Shown here: piece after piece, positions 22,200 to 35,290 of the stretch | How positions within the stretch are numbered: the stretch's first letter is position 1 | How the letters are laid out: each line of letters opens with the position of its first letter | Assembly: GCA_035221665.1 (NCBI GenBank) | Contig: CM069154.1 | Location: forward strand, 5,766,001 to 5,830,000 | Origin: Okamejei kenojei | Taxonomy: Eukaryota | DNA: 64,000 bases | Direction: 5' to 3' | Position numbers and translations under genes: made by a program | The notes under the pieces: generated by a model | Told to the model about the DNA's origin: nothing | The model's database searches: none | What the model saw: the letters and a program-made list of their open reading frames with translations, nothing else

Positions 22200-23278
22200 G
22201 ATGAAAGGTTTCATGAGGCTGATCGTTTTTGCCTCCTCATCAATTTCTTTGATTGCTTCGGCAGGTTCTCCCCAAATAAATGATCCGGAGCTTGAATATT
22301 ACTCGATCTACACAATCCTGCAAATCTAGGGTGCAATATGGGCCGAATGGCGATTTTCTCATACAATTGATTTCAAAATAAGAATTACAAATTAACGCCA
22401 ACATGTCTTTTTGAATTTTAGACATTGCACACCCTTCTACCTGCTTCCCAAAAGCGGTGATGCCAGCTGGTATGAGCTTGAGGACCCGCTGGAAACGTAT
22501 TTCGTCCTCGCATCGTTGAACTCATGGGTGCCCAAATAGCCGGATTCACCATTGGCACCCTGAGTGAAGCACAATTCACAGGTGTTTTATAAAGTTCTGC
22601 TGTCTCAACCATGGCAGTATCTTGAAGCTGGTGAGAAACCAAATAGTTTATGTTGGCCGCCAGGTTTTCTTCCATGGCCTCACCGCTCCCTTCTGGTATA
22701 GCAAAAGATTGTGCTACATCAGGTCCACCTGGAGCTTTGCTCTTTTGCTCTGGTGTGTACACATGAGCAGGGACACCAGCTTCAGGGTCAGTCTCCTGCC
22801 GCCCTGGTACTCCCGAGACTTGCTCGAAGGAGACTTCTTCCAGACCTAAACAAGGCTCTGGAGATTCACATTCCCATGTTGTATATGCACCATATTCTTG
22901 ATATGGAACTCCCTCGGAGGCTGCCTGGAACATTCTGGGTCTTTGGACCCTTGGTTGATCAGGGTTTGGAGCATTTTTCTCCATTTGCTCCATTCTTTGC
23001 CACAAGGCTTTCCTGTCTGCAGGAGAATCTTCTTCATCAGACTCGTCAGATATAACGGGCCTGACAGACTTCCTTTTACTTTTCCTGCCCACTGAAGTGG
23101 CCTCAGTGCCCTGCGGCACTGGAGCAGCTGGAGGCTCATTAACGACTGGGTCTACGGCTACCGGTATCGGAACCAGCCACGCACTTATCTGCAGTCCCGA
23201 CCGCTGTTGTGGACCTGCTTCAATACGGGGCCCGCGCTTAACACGCACCGACTTCCTCCCACTGCTCTCCATTTTCAA
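22200..23278 (-). pseudogene. DIRS ORF1 (gag-like), frameshifted
   Basis: Long ORF just inside the 5' terminus and upstream of RT; PVNC..LRVPMVNPAIW motif resembles DIRS ORF1. Confidence 0.7.
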
Positions 23279-24239
23279 ACTCCTCCTGGCTAGCCAACCA
23301 GGGTTATGGAGCCTAAATAGACCCTAGGAAGTAGTTTAAACCACTTACCTGCGGGGTCTGTTACTCACCGCTGGTGGAGCTGCGCTCTGCAGCCCGTTCC
23401 TACCGACATGCGTCGACGTAATGACGCGCATGCGCTTGGCAGGGCTTCTTCACGTAGTCACTCACGTGACTCCGTAGTAAAATTAGAGCTCCTCCTAACC
23501 TGCTGCAGCACATACTCTTTCTAGAGAAGGACAATATTTAAAGCTCATAGAATTCGCATTGGTATTGATAAATTCATGTCACGTATACAATGAAAGCTTT
23601 TTTTGTTTCTGTGCTTTTCAATTAAATCAGATAATATTATACTTGAATACAGTCACGCCATGCACAAATATAACAGGTACAGTAAAGAGAAATTTACCGG
23701 TGTACAATATATATAGTTTTGCAGAATTGTAGCAGCAGCAGGGGCTAGTGGAATCAAGGGATATGGGGAGAAGGTAGGCACGGGTTATTGATTGGGGATG
23801 ATCAGCCATGATCACAATGAATGGAGGTGCTGGCTCGAAGGGCCGAATGGCCTCCTCCTGCTCCTATTTTCTATGTTTCTATGTAACAGTTCCTGGGAAA
23901 AAGTCCAAGATAAAATGCAGGTTAAATTAATCTTTTTAAGAAGTAGCAATTTTATTGAGCAAGTCTACAGATAATTCCAAGAAATAGGACAATGCATCAA
24001 ATATGAAAATAAAAGTAAAGCTTATCTTATCATGAGAGGAAGGAGTTAATAAACTAATTATTTTAGTTTTAGTTTTAGTTTTAGATTTAGACATACAGCG
24101 TTGAACCAGGCTCTTCGGCCCATCGGGTCCGTGCTGACCAGCGATCACCCCATATGTTAGTTCTATCCTATACTCTAGGGACAGTTTACAGAAGCCAATT
24201 AATCTACAAACCTGTATGTCTTTGAAAAGTGGGAGGAAA

Positions 24240-24666
24240 GATTGGAAAGACTTGGCTTGTATTCACTGGAATATTGAAAGATGAGAGGGGATCTTATAGA
24301 AACGTATAAAATTATAAAGGGACTGGACAAGCTAGATGCAGGAAAAATGTTCCCAATGATGGGGGAGTCCAGAACCAGGAGTCACAATCTAAGAATAAAG
24401 GGGAGGCCATTTAAAACTGAGATGAGAAAAACCTTTTCACCCAGAGAGTTGTGAATTTGTGGATTTCTCTGCCTTAGAAGGCAGCAGAGGCTAATTCACT
24501 GGATGAATTTAAAAGAGAGTTCAATAGAGCTCAAGGGGCTAGCGGAATCAAGGGATATTTGGAGCAGGTAGGCATGGGTTACTGATTGTGGGTGATCACA
24601 ATGAATGGTGGTGCAGGCTCGAAAGGCCAAATGGCCTCCTCTTGCACCTACTTTCTATGTTTCTAT
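24240..24666 (+). mobile_element. CR1-like LINE 3' fragment
   Basis: Same family as 20000-20753; TTTCTATG tail. Confidence 0.8.
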
Positions 24667-24861
24667 AAAACTGGAGCACCCGGAGAAATCCCACATGGTC
24701 ACCGGAAGAGCGTGCAAACTTCGTACAGACAGCACTCGTAGTCGGAATTGAACCCGGGTCTCTTGGCACTGTAAGGCAGCAGCACTGTGCCATTACGCCA
24801 CTTCTTAACATTCCTCTTAACATTTGACCAGGATTCAGTGAAAACTCGCCACAATATGGGT

Positions 24862-25172
24862 GGCATAGGTGGCGTAGCGGTAGAGCTACTGCCTTACAGC
24901 AGCAGAAACTCGGGTTCAATCTTGACCACGGGTGCTTGTCCGTATGACGTTTGTACGTTCTCCCCGTGACCTGCGTGTTTTTTCTCCGAGATCTCTGGTT
25001 TCCTCCCAGACAAATTGGTTTGTAGGTTAATTGGCTTGGTATAAATGTAAAATTGTCCCTTGTGTGTGTAGGGTAGTGTTAATGTGCAGGAATCGTCGGT
25101 CTTTGCAGATTCAGTAGGCCGAAGGGCTTGTTTCCACGCTCTATCGCTAAACTAAACTAAATTAAACTAAAC
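24862..25172 (+). mobile_element. HE1-like V-SINE
   Basis: Head, core and (TAAAC)n tail. Confidence 0.8.
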
Positions 25173-25365
25173 TGGAGTGAATGATAGTTGAAATAAAACA
25201 TAATTTGTTATGAAGAAGGGTCTCGACCTGAAAAGTCACCATTCCTTCTCTCCAGAGATACTGCCTGTCCTGCTGAGTTACTCTAGCATTTTGTGTCTAT
25301 CTTCAGTTTAAGCCGGCATCTGCAGTTCCTTCCTACATAAAACATAATCAAATTGTTTTGCTTAC

Positions 25366-25414
25366 CTGCCAATGAAAGGGTGGTCAGGAACAGAGTAAAA
25401 TGAATATTTTTCAT
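25366..25414 (-). CDS. Gene B signal-peptide exon MKNIHFTLFLTTLSLA
   Basis: ATG, basic N-terminus, hydrophobic core; 49 nt ending in a phase-1 gtaagc donor compatible with the IgV exons. Confidence 0.7.
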
Positions 25415-25849
25415 GATTAATAATAATTTGTCAATCCTTCATATGAACGCCACGTTGCGCCGTGCACGTTTATCCAGATACTGTCATTTGCTGTCTATCT
25501 GGACTTAGTAAGGATAAAATGTTTGCAATAGATTGTGTAACCTCCCACTGCAAGGTTATCTGATGGGCAAGATAATGTTGCAAATGTCAAAGATATGTTT
25601 TCCCTGTTACGGAACTTTACTTCATCAGGTGATATCCAGTGTGTGCTTATTTGTATTTCTGGCATAGATCTCATAGACCATGTCACAACTGCTAGGTCAT
25701 AGGAACCAGGACTTATGAAAGAAGAAGCTGTGTCTATAAGTTGTACGGACACATCTTGTGCAACATATGGTCTTTTTTCTTTTGCAGAATAACAGAATAT
25801 TGAAAATCGGTGCTCGGAATGCAAAGTCTACAATTTTCTTTCGAGTTCC

Positions 25850-26200
25850 AGACATGAGAGCAATAGATCTGGTAGACACACAGAGCCTCTTGTCCGGAGT
25901 AGGAGAATCGAGTACCAGAGGACATATGTTTAAGGTGATGGGGGAAAAAATTAATAGCAACCTGAGGGGTTACTTTTTCACACAAAGGGTGGTGGGTGTA
26001 TGGAACGAGCTGCCAGAGGACATAGTTGAGGCTGAGACTATTGCAACATTTAAGAAACATTTGGACAGGTACATTTGATAGGACAGGTTTAGAAGAACAT
26101 GGGCCATGTGCAGGCAGGTAGGACTAATGTAGAAGGGACATGTTGGTCGGTGTGGGCAAGTTGGCCTGTTTCCATGCTGTATGAACCTATGACTCTATGA
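25850..26200 (+). mobile_element. CR1-like LINE 3' fragment
   Basis: TRGHMFKV...FFTQRVVGVWNELP motif and 3' UTR. Confidence 0.75.
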
Positions 26201-26555
26201 CACTATCCACTGTGTATTTAATAGAACAGTACAGCACAGGAACTGGTCCATTCACCCACAATGTCCACACAGAACATGATGCCCAGTTAAACTAATCTTT
26301 CCTGCCTGCACGCGATGCTCATGTTGATATGTCATAGGAGCAGATTAAGGCCATTCAACCCTTCGAGTCTACTCCGCCAATCAATCATTGCAGATCTCTC
26401 AACCCCATTCAGCTGCATTCTCCCATAACCCTTGATACTCGAACTAATCAAAAATCCATCAATCGCCGATCTCTGATGCATACCGCGCCATTCTCTGCAT
26501 ATGCACATGCCTATCAACAAACAAAACTAAACAAAATGAATAAACTAAACTAAAC

Positions 26556-26792
26556 TGAGTGGTGAATCTGTGGAGTTCTCTGCCACAGAAGGTAATTGAG
26601 GCCAGTTCGTTGGCCATATTTAAGAGGGAGTTGGATGTGGCCCTTGTGGCTGAAGGGATCAGGGGGTATGGAGAGAAGGCAGGTACAGGATACTGAGTTG
26701 GATGATCAGCCATGATCATATTGAATGGCGGTGCAGGCTCGAAGGGCCGAATGGCCTGCTCCTGCACCTAATTTCTATGTTTCTATGTTTCT
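26556..26792 (+). mobile_element. CR1-like LINE 3' end
   Basis: Near-identical to the 3' end of the 44357-49150 element. Confidence 0.8.
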
Positions 26793-29700
26793 AAACTAAA
26801 CTATGTCTTCTGGTTCTTATCTCCTGTTCCCTCCCCTCCTCTTTCAGTCTGAAGAAGGGACCTGACCTGAAATGTCACCCATTCTTTTCTCTCCAGAGTT
26901 GCTGCCTGACTCACTAAGTTACTCCAGCGCTTTATGTTTATTCCCTGGTTCCTGATTCCCCTACCCTGGGTAAAATAATCTGTGCCTTTACCCTATTAAA
27001 TCCCCCCATGATTTTATATACTTCTGTAAGATCACCTCCTAGCCTCTTTCGCTCCATGGAATAAAGTCCTAGTTTAATGCGGTGTCATTTATACATGGCA
27101 CACACTGAAATGGTCCTGAAATAATGTGAAGAAACAGCTGTGACAAGACTTTGCATCTGCTGCAATATTTCACACAACATGTGTTGGGAAACAGTCTGCA
27201 GCAGCAACCCAGCTCTTTGATGATAAACCCATACTCTACGTAGAACATAGAATGAAGATAGACAGGAAAAACGGGAGTAACTCAGTGGGACAGGCAGCAT
27301 CTCTGGAGAGCAGGAATGGGTGACATTTTGGGTCGAGACCCTTCTTCAGACTAAACTAAACTAAACTAATAAACTAAACTCAACTAAACTATGTCCTCTG
27401 ATTCTTATCTCCAGTTCCCGCCCTTCTACTTTCAATCTGAAGAAGGGTCTTGACCTGAAATGTCACCCATTCCATCTCTGTGTAAAAGAAAATCTCCTTT
27501 AAACGTTGCCACTCTCACCTTAAAGCTGTGCCCTTTAGACTTCAGCATTTTCACCATGGGACAAAGATTCTACCTTTGATTTACATATATAGACTTTGCA
27601 ATCAGAGAGATGAGAGGTGGAAAGAAAAGCTTTGTAATCCAAGCAAGCGTTTGTAAAATTTTAATACCAACATGGACGTAAAGAGGAGCACAATCATTTA
27701 AACATGAAAAGTGGTCACGTTTTGATAAAAAAAACAGTTTCTTGGAAGCTAGTAATCATTCGAATGCAAAGTTAGATTTAAAAGAAATGTGAGCCATCCA
27801 GGCAATAATACTACAGAAAATACTTTAAGTAAATTGTATTTCAATTTCTTAACACGTGGAATGCAGAAATTATTATTTAAAAGTCAGTAACTGTTACAAA
27901 AGACATTTTAAAACATAATTTTTTGAGTTACTGTCAAGTTGTAGTTCAAATCTGACAAAACAAACAAGATTTCAGTATCATTTGCACAAATACAAAGTTT
28001 AGTGATGCGTTTGTGTCAGGGAACAAGAATTCATTACTCAAAAGGATATTAGAACATAATTCATTATCAACCTTAACATAAAATGCAACTATTGTCTTCC
28101 TGGTTATCCATTGCATCACTGCAAACGGACTCAGTGAAGCCTTTTATTCCCTTTGCAATAAATTAAGAAGATTCAATTCATTCTCAGCCTCAAGTTGATT
28201 GTGTGTTTGACACTACATATGTTTCTTTACAAAACCACACTCCAGTGGTAAGACTCAATATCGTACAGGTCAACAAAGTCGCTCAGCAATCATCGATCAG
28301 CTGGGCAAAGGTTCTTGGACCACCTCGACCAAAATTAAAGCATTAATTAAGAGAAGGACCATTCTACTTGAGTCAACAGTGACTAAAGTACCAAAATGGT
28401 TCTGCAACTCAGGGCACATCTCAAAGGTGCCAAGTTGTGATCATGTAGCATCACATTGCAATATGAATTTAATATTGATGTTAGTTAAAGTTAATTCTTA
28501 AATGATTCACCTCGCACATTGGAGACTTAAATCTCCACAGATGTGTGTGGACAATGTGGACAATGTTGAACTGTGGACAGGTTAGTACCTCAAGTTGGAT
28601 TTTTGGTGAAATTAGTTGGAGCTTATATATCAAAGTGATAATGATTGGATTGGATCCAATATAACAATGATGGAAAATGTAATTTCTGACTATGCCACTT
28701 GATATGGAATTGATAAAAGAGTACCTAGCCTTTCAGCCCAAGTGTTTATGATTCATTTGAATCTCATGCACCTGTCTCCTGTCCTCCATACACTGGTTCT
28801 CATCTTTTCTACATATCCCGTTCCTAGTCCCTTAGTCCTATGTCCTATCTCACTTCTCCTTAAAGGCACCTATTATCCATCTGAATTACACTATTTTTAC
28901 ATTGCGATCCATGTTCTCTCCATTCTCTAAGCAATTGGCTAGCTTTGCCAAAAACAATGATGATAATAATATGCTTTCACAGATGCTTGTCATCTTCAAA
29001 ACTTACACTAATTTGTCTTTTCCGCAGAGTTGTACTCAGACACAAAAGGACACCAAGTGCTGGAGTAACTCAGCGGGTCAGGCAGCATCTCTGGAGAACA
29101 TAGGTGACGGGACCCTGGATTTTGGTCGCAACCCTTCTTCAGACCATAGTAAGGAGTATCTTTAACAATATTAAATTGTAAAGAGTTAACACTGTTGGGT
29201 TCCTACAGTTGGTAATGAGTGGTGTTACCTGTTGTGGTATAGTGGTATTTAGACTCTTGGTTACAGCAAGATGGGTTCACCATTCAATTGTAGGAATCAA
29301 TAGTCTAATAGTCTTCACCCTAGATGTAGGAACTAATAATGTGAACATCACTCATTCTCAACTACAGTATCCACAAAGGTCATTCATCCATAATAATAAG
29401 TAGTATTAACATTATTCATTACCAACTGTAGCAGCCAACAGTATATCATCTCATGCTACCAAATCGAATAAATAATAGTAATAACTCGACTCCTATCCAG
29501 CCTAGGGCGGAAACATAATTCAGTCTCAACTGCAATAAACTATAGTGAAAGAGTCATGGAGTCATAGAGTGATACAGTGTAGAAACAAGCCCTTCGGCCC
29601 CAGTTGCCCACACCAGCCAACTTGTCCCAGGTACACTAGTCCCACCTGCTCATGTCTGGTCCATAAATCTCCAAACCTGTCCTACCCATACTGTTATCGG

Positions 29701-30589
29701 TAATCATAGAGTCGTTGTCATATAACAAGGAAACAGTCCTTTTGGCCCAACTTGCCCATGCCGACCAAAATGCCCAATCGACACTAGTCCCACCTGCCCG
29801 CGATTGGCACATATCCCTCTAAACGTCACAGATCCATAATCCACTCATTCCCATCTGCACCAACAATTAGGTTTCAATAACCCTCATTTCTAACTGTGGC
29901 TACAAACCATGTGAGCACTACCTGTCTTGGAGTACGCTAACTACTATTTTTAGGTCACTCATCCCCAATTGTGTTAACATAGCATTTCCAACTTCAGTAA
30001 TTAATGTTCTTAACACCACTCATTCACAACTGCAATAACAAAGTGTAGGTTTAACACAGGTTTTAACCAAAAGGCAATTATGAGAAAGGTCTTGTGGATC
30101 ATGATTGGGGTGGCCGAGCGGTAGAGTTGCTGCCTTACAGCGTCAGATCGGGGATCGATCCTGACTATGTGTTTTGTCGGTACGGAGTTTGTACATTTAT
30201 CCTAAAACCGTGTGGGTTTTTGCAGGGTGGTCCGGTTTCCACCCACACTCCAAAGACACAGTTTCTAGGTTAATTGGCTTTGGTAAAATTGTAAATTTTG
30301 TCCCTGATATATAGGATAGTGCTAGTAAACGGCAGATCGCTGATCGGCGCGGTCTCGGTGGGCCGAAGGGCCTGTTTTCACGCTGTGCCTCTAAAGTCTA
30401 AGGAAAGATCAGTTGATAACCTCCCTTTTGAGTAAAATACAAAGCGTTCAGACTGCAGAAGGGTCCTGACTTGAAACGTTTCCTATCCATTCCTTCCACA
30501 GAAGCTGCCTGACCCATTATGCCAACACTGTCTTGTACTCAATATTCCAGCATCTGCAATTCCTCGTTTTTCCTTTCAGCTCTCTTCTT

Positions 30590-30905
30590 GTTTAGTTTAG
30601 TTTAATGTAGTTTAGAAATACAGTGCAGAAACAGGACCTTCGGCCCAATGAGTCTGAGCCAACTGGCGATCCCCGCAAATTAACACTTTCCTACACACAC
30701 TAGAGACAATTTACAAATGTACCAAGCCAATTAACCTACAAAGCTGTACGTCTTTGGAGTGTGGGAGGAAACCGGAGCTCCTAGGGAAAACCCACGCGGG
30801 TCACGGAGAAAACATACAAAATCCGTACAGACAGCATCCATAGTCAGCATCGAACCCATGTCTCTGGCACTGCACGGCAGCAACTCTACCTCTGCGCCAC
30901 CGTGC
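30590..30905 (-). mobile_element. HE1-like V-SINE
   Basis: Reverse-complement family match; one of a cluster with copies at ~30105-30400, 31108-31430 and 31750-32025. Confidence 0.8.
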
Positions 30906-32630
30906 TGCTATTTCTGTGTCTCCCAGCGGCTCAGCCCACAGTTGTGGTCTGTGGTTGGAAATGAAGCAAAGATCATTTCCCTTTAGTTGGTCAACAGGGG
31001 ATAGAAGAAGCGTCTGTCATTGCTCCATCACAATGAATCATGCGCAGCTACATGCGTACCTTTAATACAGAACGAAACCTGGAGAGCAGAACACCAGGCC
31101 ACAAAGATAGCACGGTGACGCAACGGTGGAGCTGCTGCCTCACAGCACCAGAGACCCGGGTTCGATTCTCACCACGGGTGCTGTCCATATGGAACTTGTA
31201 CATTCCTCCTGTGACCACGTGGGTTTCCTCCGGGTGCTCCGGTTCCTCTCACATTCCAAAGATGTGCGGGTTTGAAGGTTAATTGGCTTCTGTAAATTGT
31301 CCCTAGTGTGTAGGATGTGAAATTGGGATAGCATGAAACTAGTGGGGAGCGGGTGATCGATGGTCGGCGAGGACTTTGTGGGCTGAATGGCCTGTAGGTC
31401 ATTAGCTGTATATCTAAACTAAACTAAACTAAAGCCACAGCACATCAGTAACGTTAAGTGCAAATATGCAGTGCATGCATTATAAATAACTAAAGCCTAC
31501 ATCAACTATGTGTAAAATAAACTAATTATTAAATAGTGAATAATCAGGAAGAAATGTTAGTTGTATATGTTCCCTCATGTTGTTCTGGGGCTGTATGTAG
31601 CAGAATGGCACAGCCATTTTACATCAGACAGCCCAGAAATGCAAGGAACCATCAAATAACATTGTGTTTCAACTTCCTGTTCCTCAACATTATATCTGAA
31701 GCAGCACCTTCCACCTTTCCGTTTATCCCTGAATCTGAGAAAAGGGATATGGCACAGCGGTGCAGCGTTCAAGTTGCTGCCTCACAGCGCCAGAGACCCG
31801 GGTTCAATCCTAACTACAGGTGCTCTCTGTACGGAGTTTGTACGTTCTCCCTGTGACCGTGTGGGTTTCCTCCTGGTGCTCCGGTTTCTTCCCACACTCC
31901 AAAGACGTAAACGTTTTTTAAGTTAATCGGCTTCTGTGATAGTGTTTGTGTACGGGGTGATCGCTTGTCGGCACGGACATGGTGGGCCGAAGGCCCTGTT
32001 TCAGCACTGTATTTCTAAAGTCTAAAGCTTTTTTTCTGCTGGGGAATGACTGTGTATTTAAGTAGGATATTAGTGATGTTGACTAAGATATTGCATCTTA
32101 GGTTAGATGGGCAGGTTCGTTTCGAAGAGTCAGCTATTCAGCTCCTTGAACCTCTTCTACAGATCAATTGGATCGTGGCTGATTTGTATCTAGAACTATC
32201 TTGGGTCGTGAAGATAAGATTCCCCAGCCTAGCAAACGTTTCAATTGATCTCCCTCCCCTATGTCCCAGTGCACCTCAGCAAGTATTTGGGAGAGGAAAT
32301 CACATATTTCCATTTCATTTTGGGTGAAGAATAGAACCAAGATCCAATTGACTTCCCCTTAGCAAAAAAAACACCTGGAAGAAATAAATGGGCCAAGCAA
32401 CATCTGCAGAGACAAAGTAATGCTCGATGTTTTGGCTCAGACACATCGTCCATCGCTTTGCGTTCACAGATGTTGCTGGCTTGCTGAGTTCTTCCAGCAG
32501 TTTTTAATGTGGGATTATGACCTGTGGATGGACACAAAGCGCAAAATGACACGTGTATCCAAATGGAATAAGTTGTGACTTAGAGGGATGTTGTTCTGCG
32601 AAGAACGGCTCGAACATCAGGGGAAGAATT

Positions 32631-32822
32631 TTACTTTTTGAAAACAATTGTTGAATACTCTATCGGTTCTGAGTTTGGAGGCTCAGTAACCGGCGGCTTG
32701 CTCTCTTCTTGAATCTTGGAAGGGCTGACGTTATCATACATGGCGGAGTCTTCCTGGCGGTTGTTGCTCTGCTGGATTGCCACGGTGGCGTAGGTAACTC
32801 CGGCTTCCATCTCTTTGGCCAA
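32631..32822 (-). CDS. Gene A terminal cytoplasmic exon with ITIM-like motifs (VTYATV, AMYDNV, IEYSTI)
   Basis: Strong pyrimidine tract and ccgcag acceptor, phase 0, 192 nt to TAA; tyrosine motifs typical of inhibitory CD300-family tails. Confidence 0.88.
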   Translation of the reverse strand: MAKEMEAGVTYATVAIQQSNNRQEDSAMYDNVSPSKIQEESKPPVTEPPNSEPIEYSTIVFKK

Positions 32823-33464
32823 CTGCGGACATTGAGAAGGAAAAAAAGAAAACCGACGTGTTAGAAACAAGGAACTGCAGATGCTGGCTTACAAAAAAAA
32901 ATCACCCAGAGTGCCGGAGTAACTCAGTGGGTTAGACAGCATCTCTGGAGAACATGGATGGGAGCAGTTTCTAGTCGGGACCCTTCTTCGGACTCTGGCA
33001 CCGGGTCTGAAGAAGGGTCCCGACTCGAAATGTCACATATCTATGTATGGAGTTTGTACATTCCCCCCTTTTTCCTCCATTCAACAACTGAACCATCCTC
33101 TCACCGACGAGAGCGGTCCTGACCTACGGTCTACCTCATTGCAGACTTTTGATCTATCTTTAATTGGACTTTACTAGACTTGAACTAAACGATATACCCT
33201 TTATTCTGTATCTGTACACTGTGGACGGTTTGATTGTAATCATGTCTCGTCTTGCCGCTGGCTGGATAGCACGCAACAAAACTGCTTTTCACTGTACCCC
33301 AGATTATCATGAAAATAATAAACTAAACTAAAACGAAACTAAACTCAGACTCGGAGATCCTCCTGCTCCACAGGATTGAGACAGTGGATTTGTGCAGCTT
33401 GGGACTAGTTTTGAATTTAACACACTTCGATAAATAAGAGATTTAGACACTTAGATATGGATGA

Positions 33465-33950
33465 GTGGGGATCTTATAGAAACATATAAACATTTTAAGG
33501 GATTGGACAGGCTAGATGCAGGAAAAATGGTCACCGATGTTGGGGGAGTCCAGAACCAGGGATCACAGTTTAAGGATAAAGGCCATTTAGGACTGAGATG
33601 ATGAAAAACTTTTTCAGCCAGAGAGTTGTGAAACTGTGGAATTCTCTGCCACAGAAGGTAGTGGAGGTCAATTCACTGCATGTTTTCAAGATAAAGTTAG
33701 ATTTAGCTCTTTGGGCTAACGGAATCAAGGGATATGGGGAGAAAGCAGGAACAGGGTACTGATTCTAGATAGACAATAGACAATAGGTGCAGGAGTAGGC
33801 CATTCAGCCCTTCGAGCCAGCACCGCCATTCAATGTGATCATGGCTGATCATCCCCAATCAGTACTCCATTCCTGCCTTCTCCGATCATACTGAATGGCA
33901 GTGCTGGCTCAAAGGACCGAACGGCCTACTCCTGCACCTATTTTAAAAAA
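33465..33950. mobile_element. CR1-like LINE 3' fragment(s), including an inverted 3'-end copy
   Basis: Family match on +, with an inverted 3'-UTR copy near 33770-33885. Confidence 0.7.
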
Positions 33951-34979
33951 AAATATGCATGCAAAAAGTAAACACTGATTAATTGAAGATGTACTTTTGT
34001 CCAACAAACTAAACTGCTGGCTCTAGCAATAATATATTTCTCAGTAAAACAAACAGTGGTGCTGGAGCCAATAACATTTGTACAAGAAAGAAAGTTGTTG
34101 ATTAACAAAGATGTGCAACTTTGTAGGTTGTTTGGGCTCCGTTAAACACATTGCTCCTAATGTGCAGGCAGTAAATGAGAAAGTGGGATAACATAGAAAG
34201 AGTATGAATGGGTGGTTGGTGGTTGGCATGGGTGGGCCAAAGGGCCTGTTTTCATGCTGTGTCTCTAAACTAAATTCAAGTAACGAAGTTTGATATTGGT
34301 TTAGTTTAATTTAGTTTGGATATACAACATGGAAACAAGTCTTCTGCCCGCCAAGTTCCTGCTGGCCACCAAGTGCTTCTATCTCACACACTGGGGACAA
34401 TTTTACAGAAGCCAATTAACATACAAACCCATATGACTTTGGGACGTATGGGTTTGTAAGTAAAATTGGCGGTCTCTGCATGGTTACAATCAAATCGTCC
34501 ACAGTCTTTGAGAATGATCAGCCATGATCACATTGAATGGCAGTGCTAGTTCGAAGGGCCGGACGGCCTACTCCTGCACCTATTGTTTATTGTCTATTGT
34601 CTATTGTACAGATACAGAATAAAGGGTCTGATGTTTAGTGCAAGATAAAGTCCAGTAAAGTCCAATTGAAGATAGATGAAAGGTCTCCAATGAGGTGGAT
34701 GGGAGGTCAGGACCACTCTTGTGGGTGGATGGTTCAATTGTCAAGTAGAGGAAACCGAAGGCAGAGGAAAACGGGATAAATCTTAATCCAAGGATCATTA
34801 CACACTCTCAAATCGACAGAAGAATCCCATGAAAGGACACAAAGGGCTGGAGTAACTCATCGGGTCAGGCAGCATCACTGGAGAACATGGATAGATGACA
34901 TTACAGATTCAGACCCTTCTTCAAACTTTGAAGCTAACATATCTTAAGAAGGGTCTTGATCTGAAACGTCACCTATAAG

Positions 34980-35290
34980 TGGGGCGGCACGGTGGTGCAG
35001 CAGTAGAGTTCCTGTCTTGCAGCACCAGAGACCCGAGTTCGATCCTGACCACGGGTGCTGTCTGTCTAGAGTTTGTACATTCTCCCCATGACTGCGTGGG
35101 TTTTCCCTGGGTGTTCTGGTTTCCTCCCACACTCCAAAGACGTACAGGTTTGCAGGTTAATTAGCTTCGGTAAAAATTGTAAATTGTCCCTAGTGTGTAG
35201 GATAGTGCTAGTGTATGGGGATTGGTGGTCGGCGTGGACTCGGTGGGCCGAAGGGCCTGTTTCCGCGCTGTATCTCTAAACGAAACTAAA
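34980..35290 (+). mobile_element. HE1-like V-SINE, near full length
   Basis: GGGGCGGCACGGTGGTGCAGCAGTAGAG head, B box GAGTTCGATCC, core and tail. Confidence 0.88.

Larger units (their letters stand above)
17844..23483 (-). mobile_element. DIRS1-like tyrosine-recombinase retrotransposon, structurally complete, decayed
   Basis: Inverted terminal repeats (17917-17952 / 23421-23456), internal complementary region 18070-18181 matching both termini, AAT at both ends; gag-RT-RNaseH-MT-YR order on the minus strand. Confidence 0.93.
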
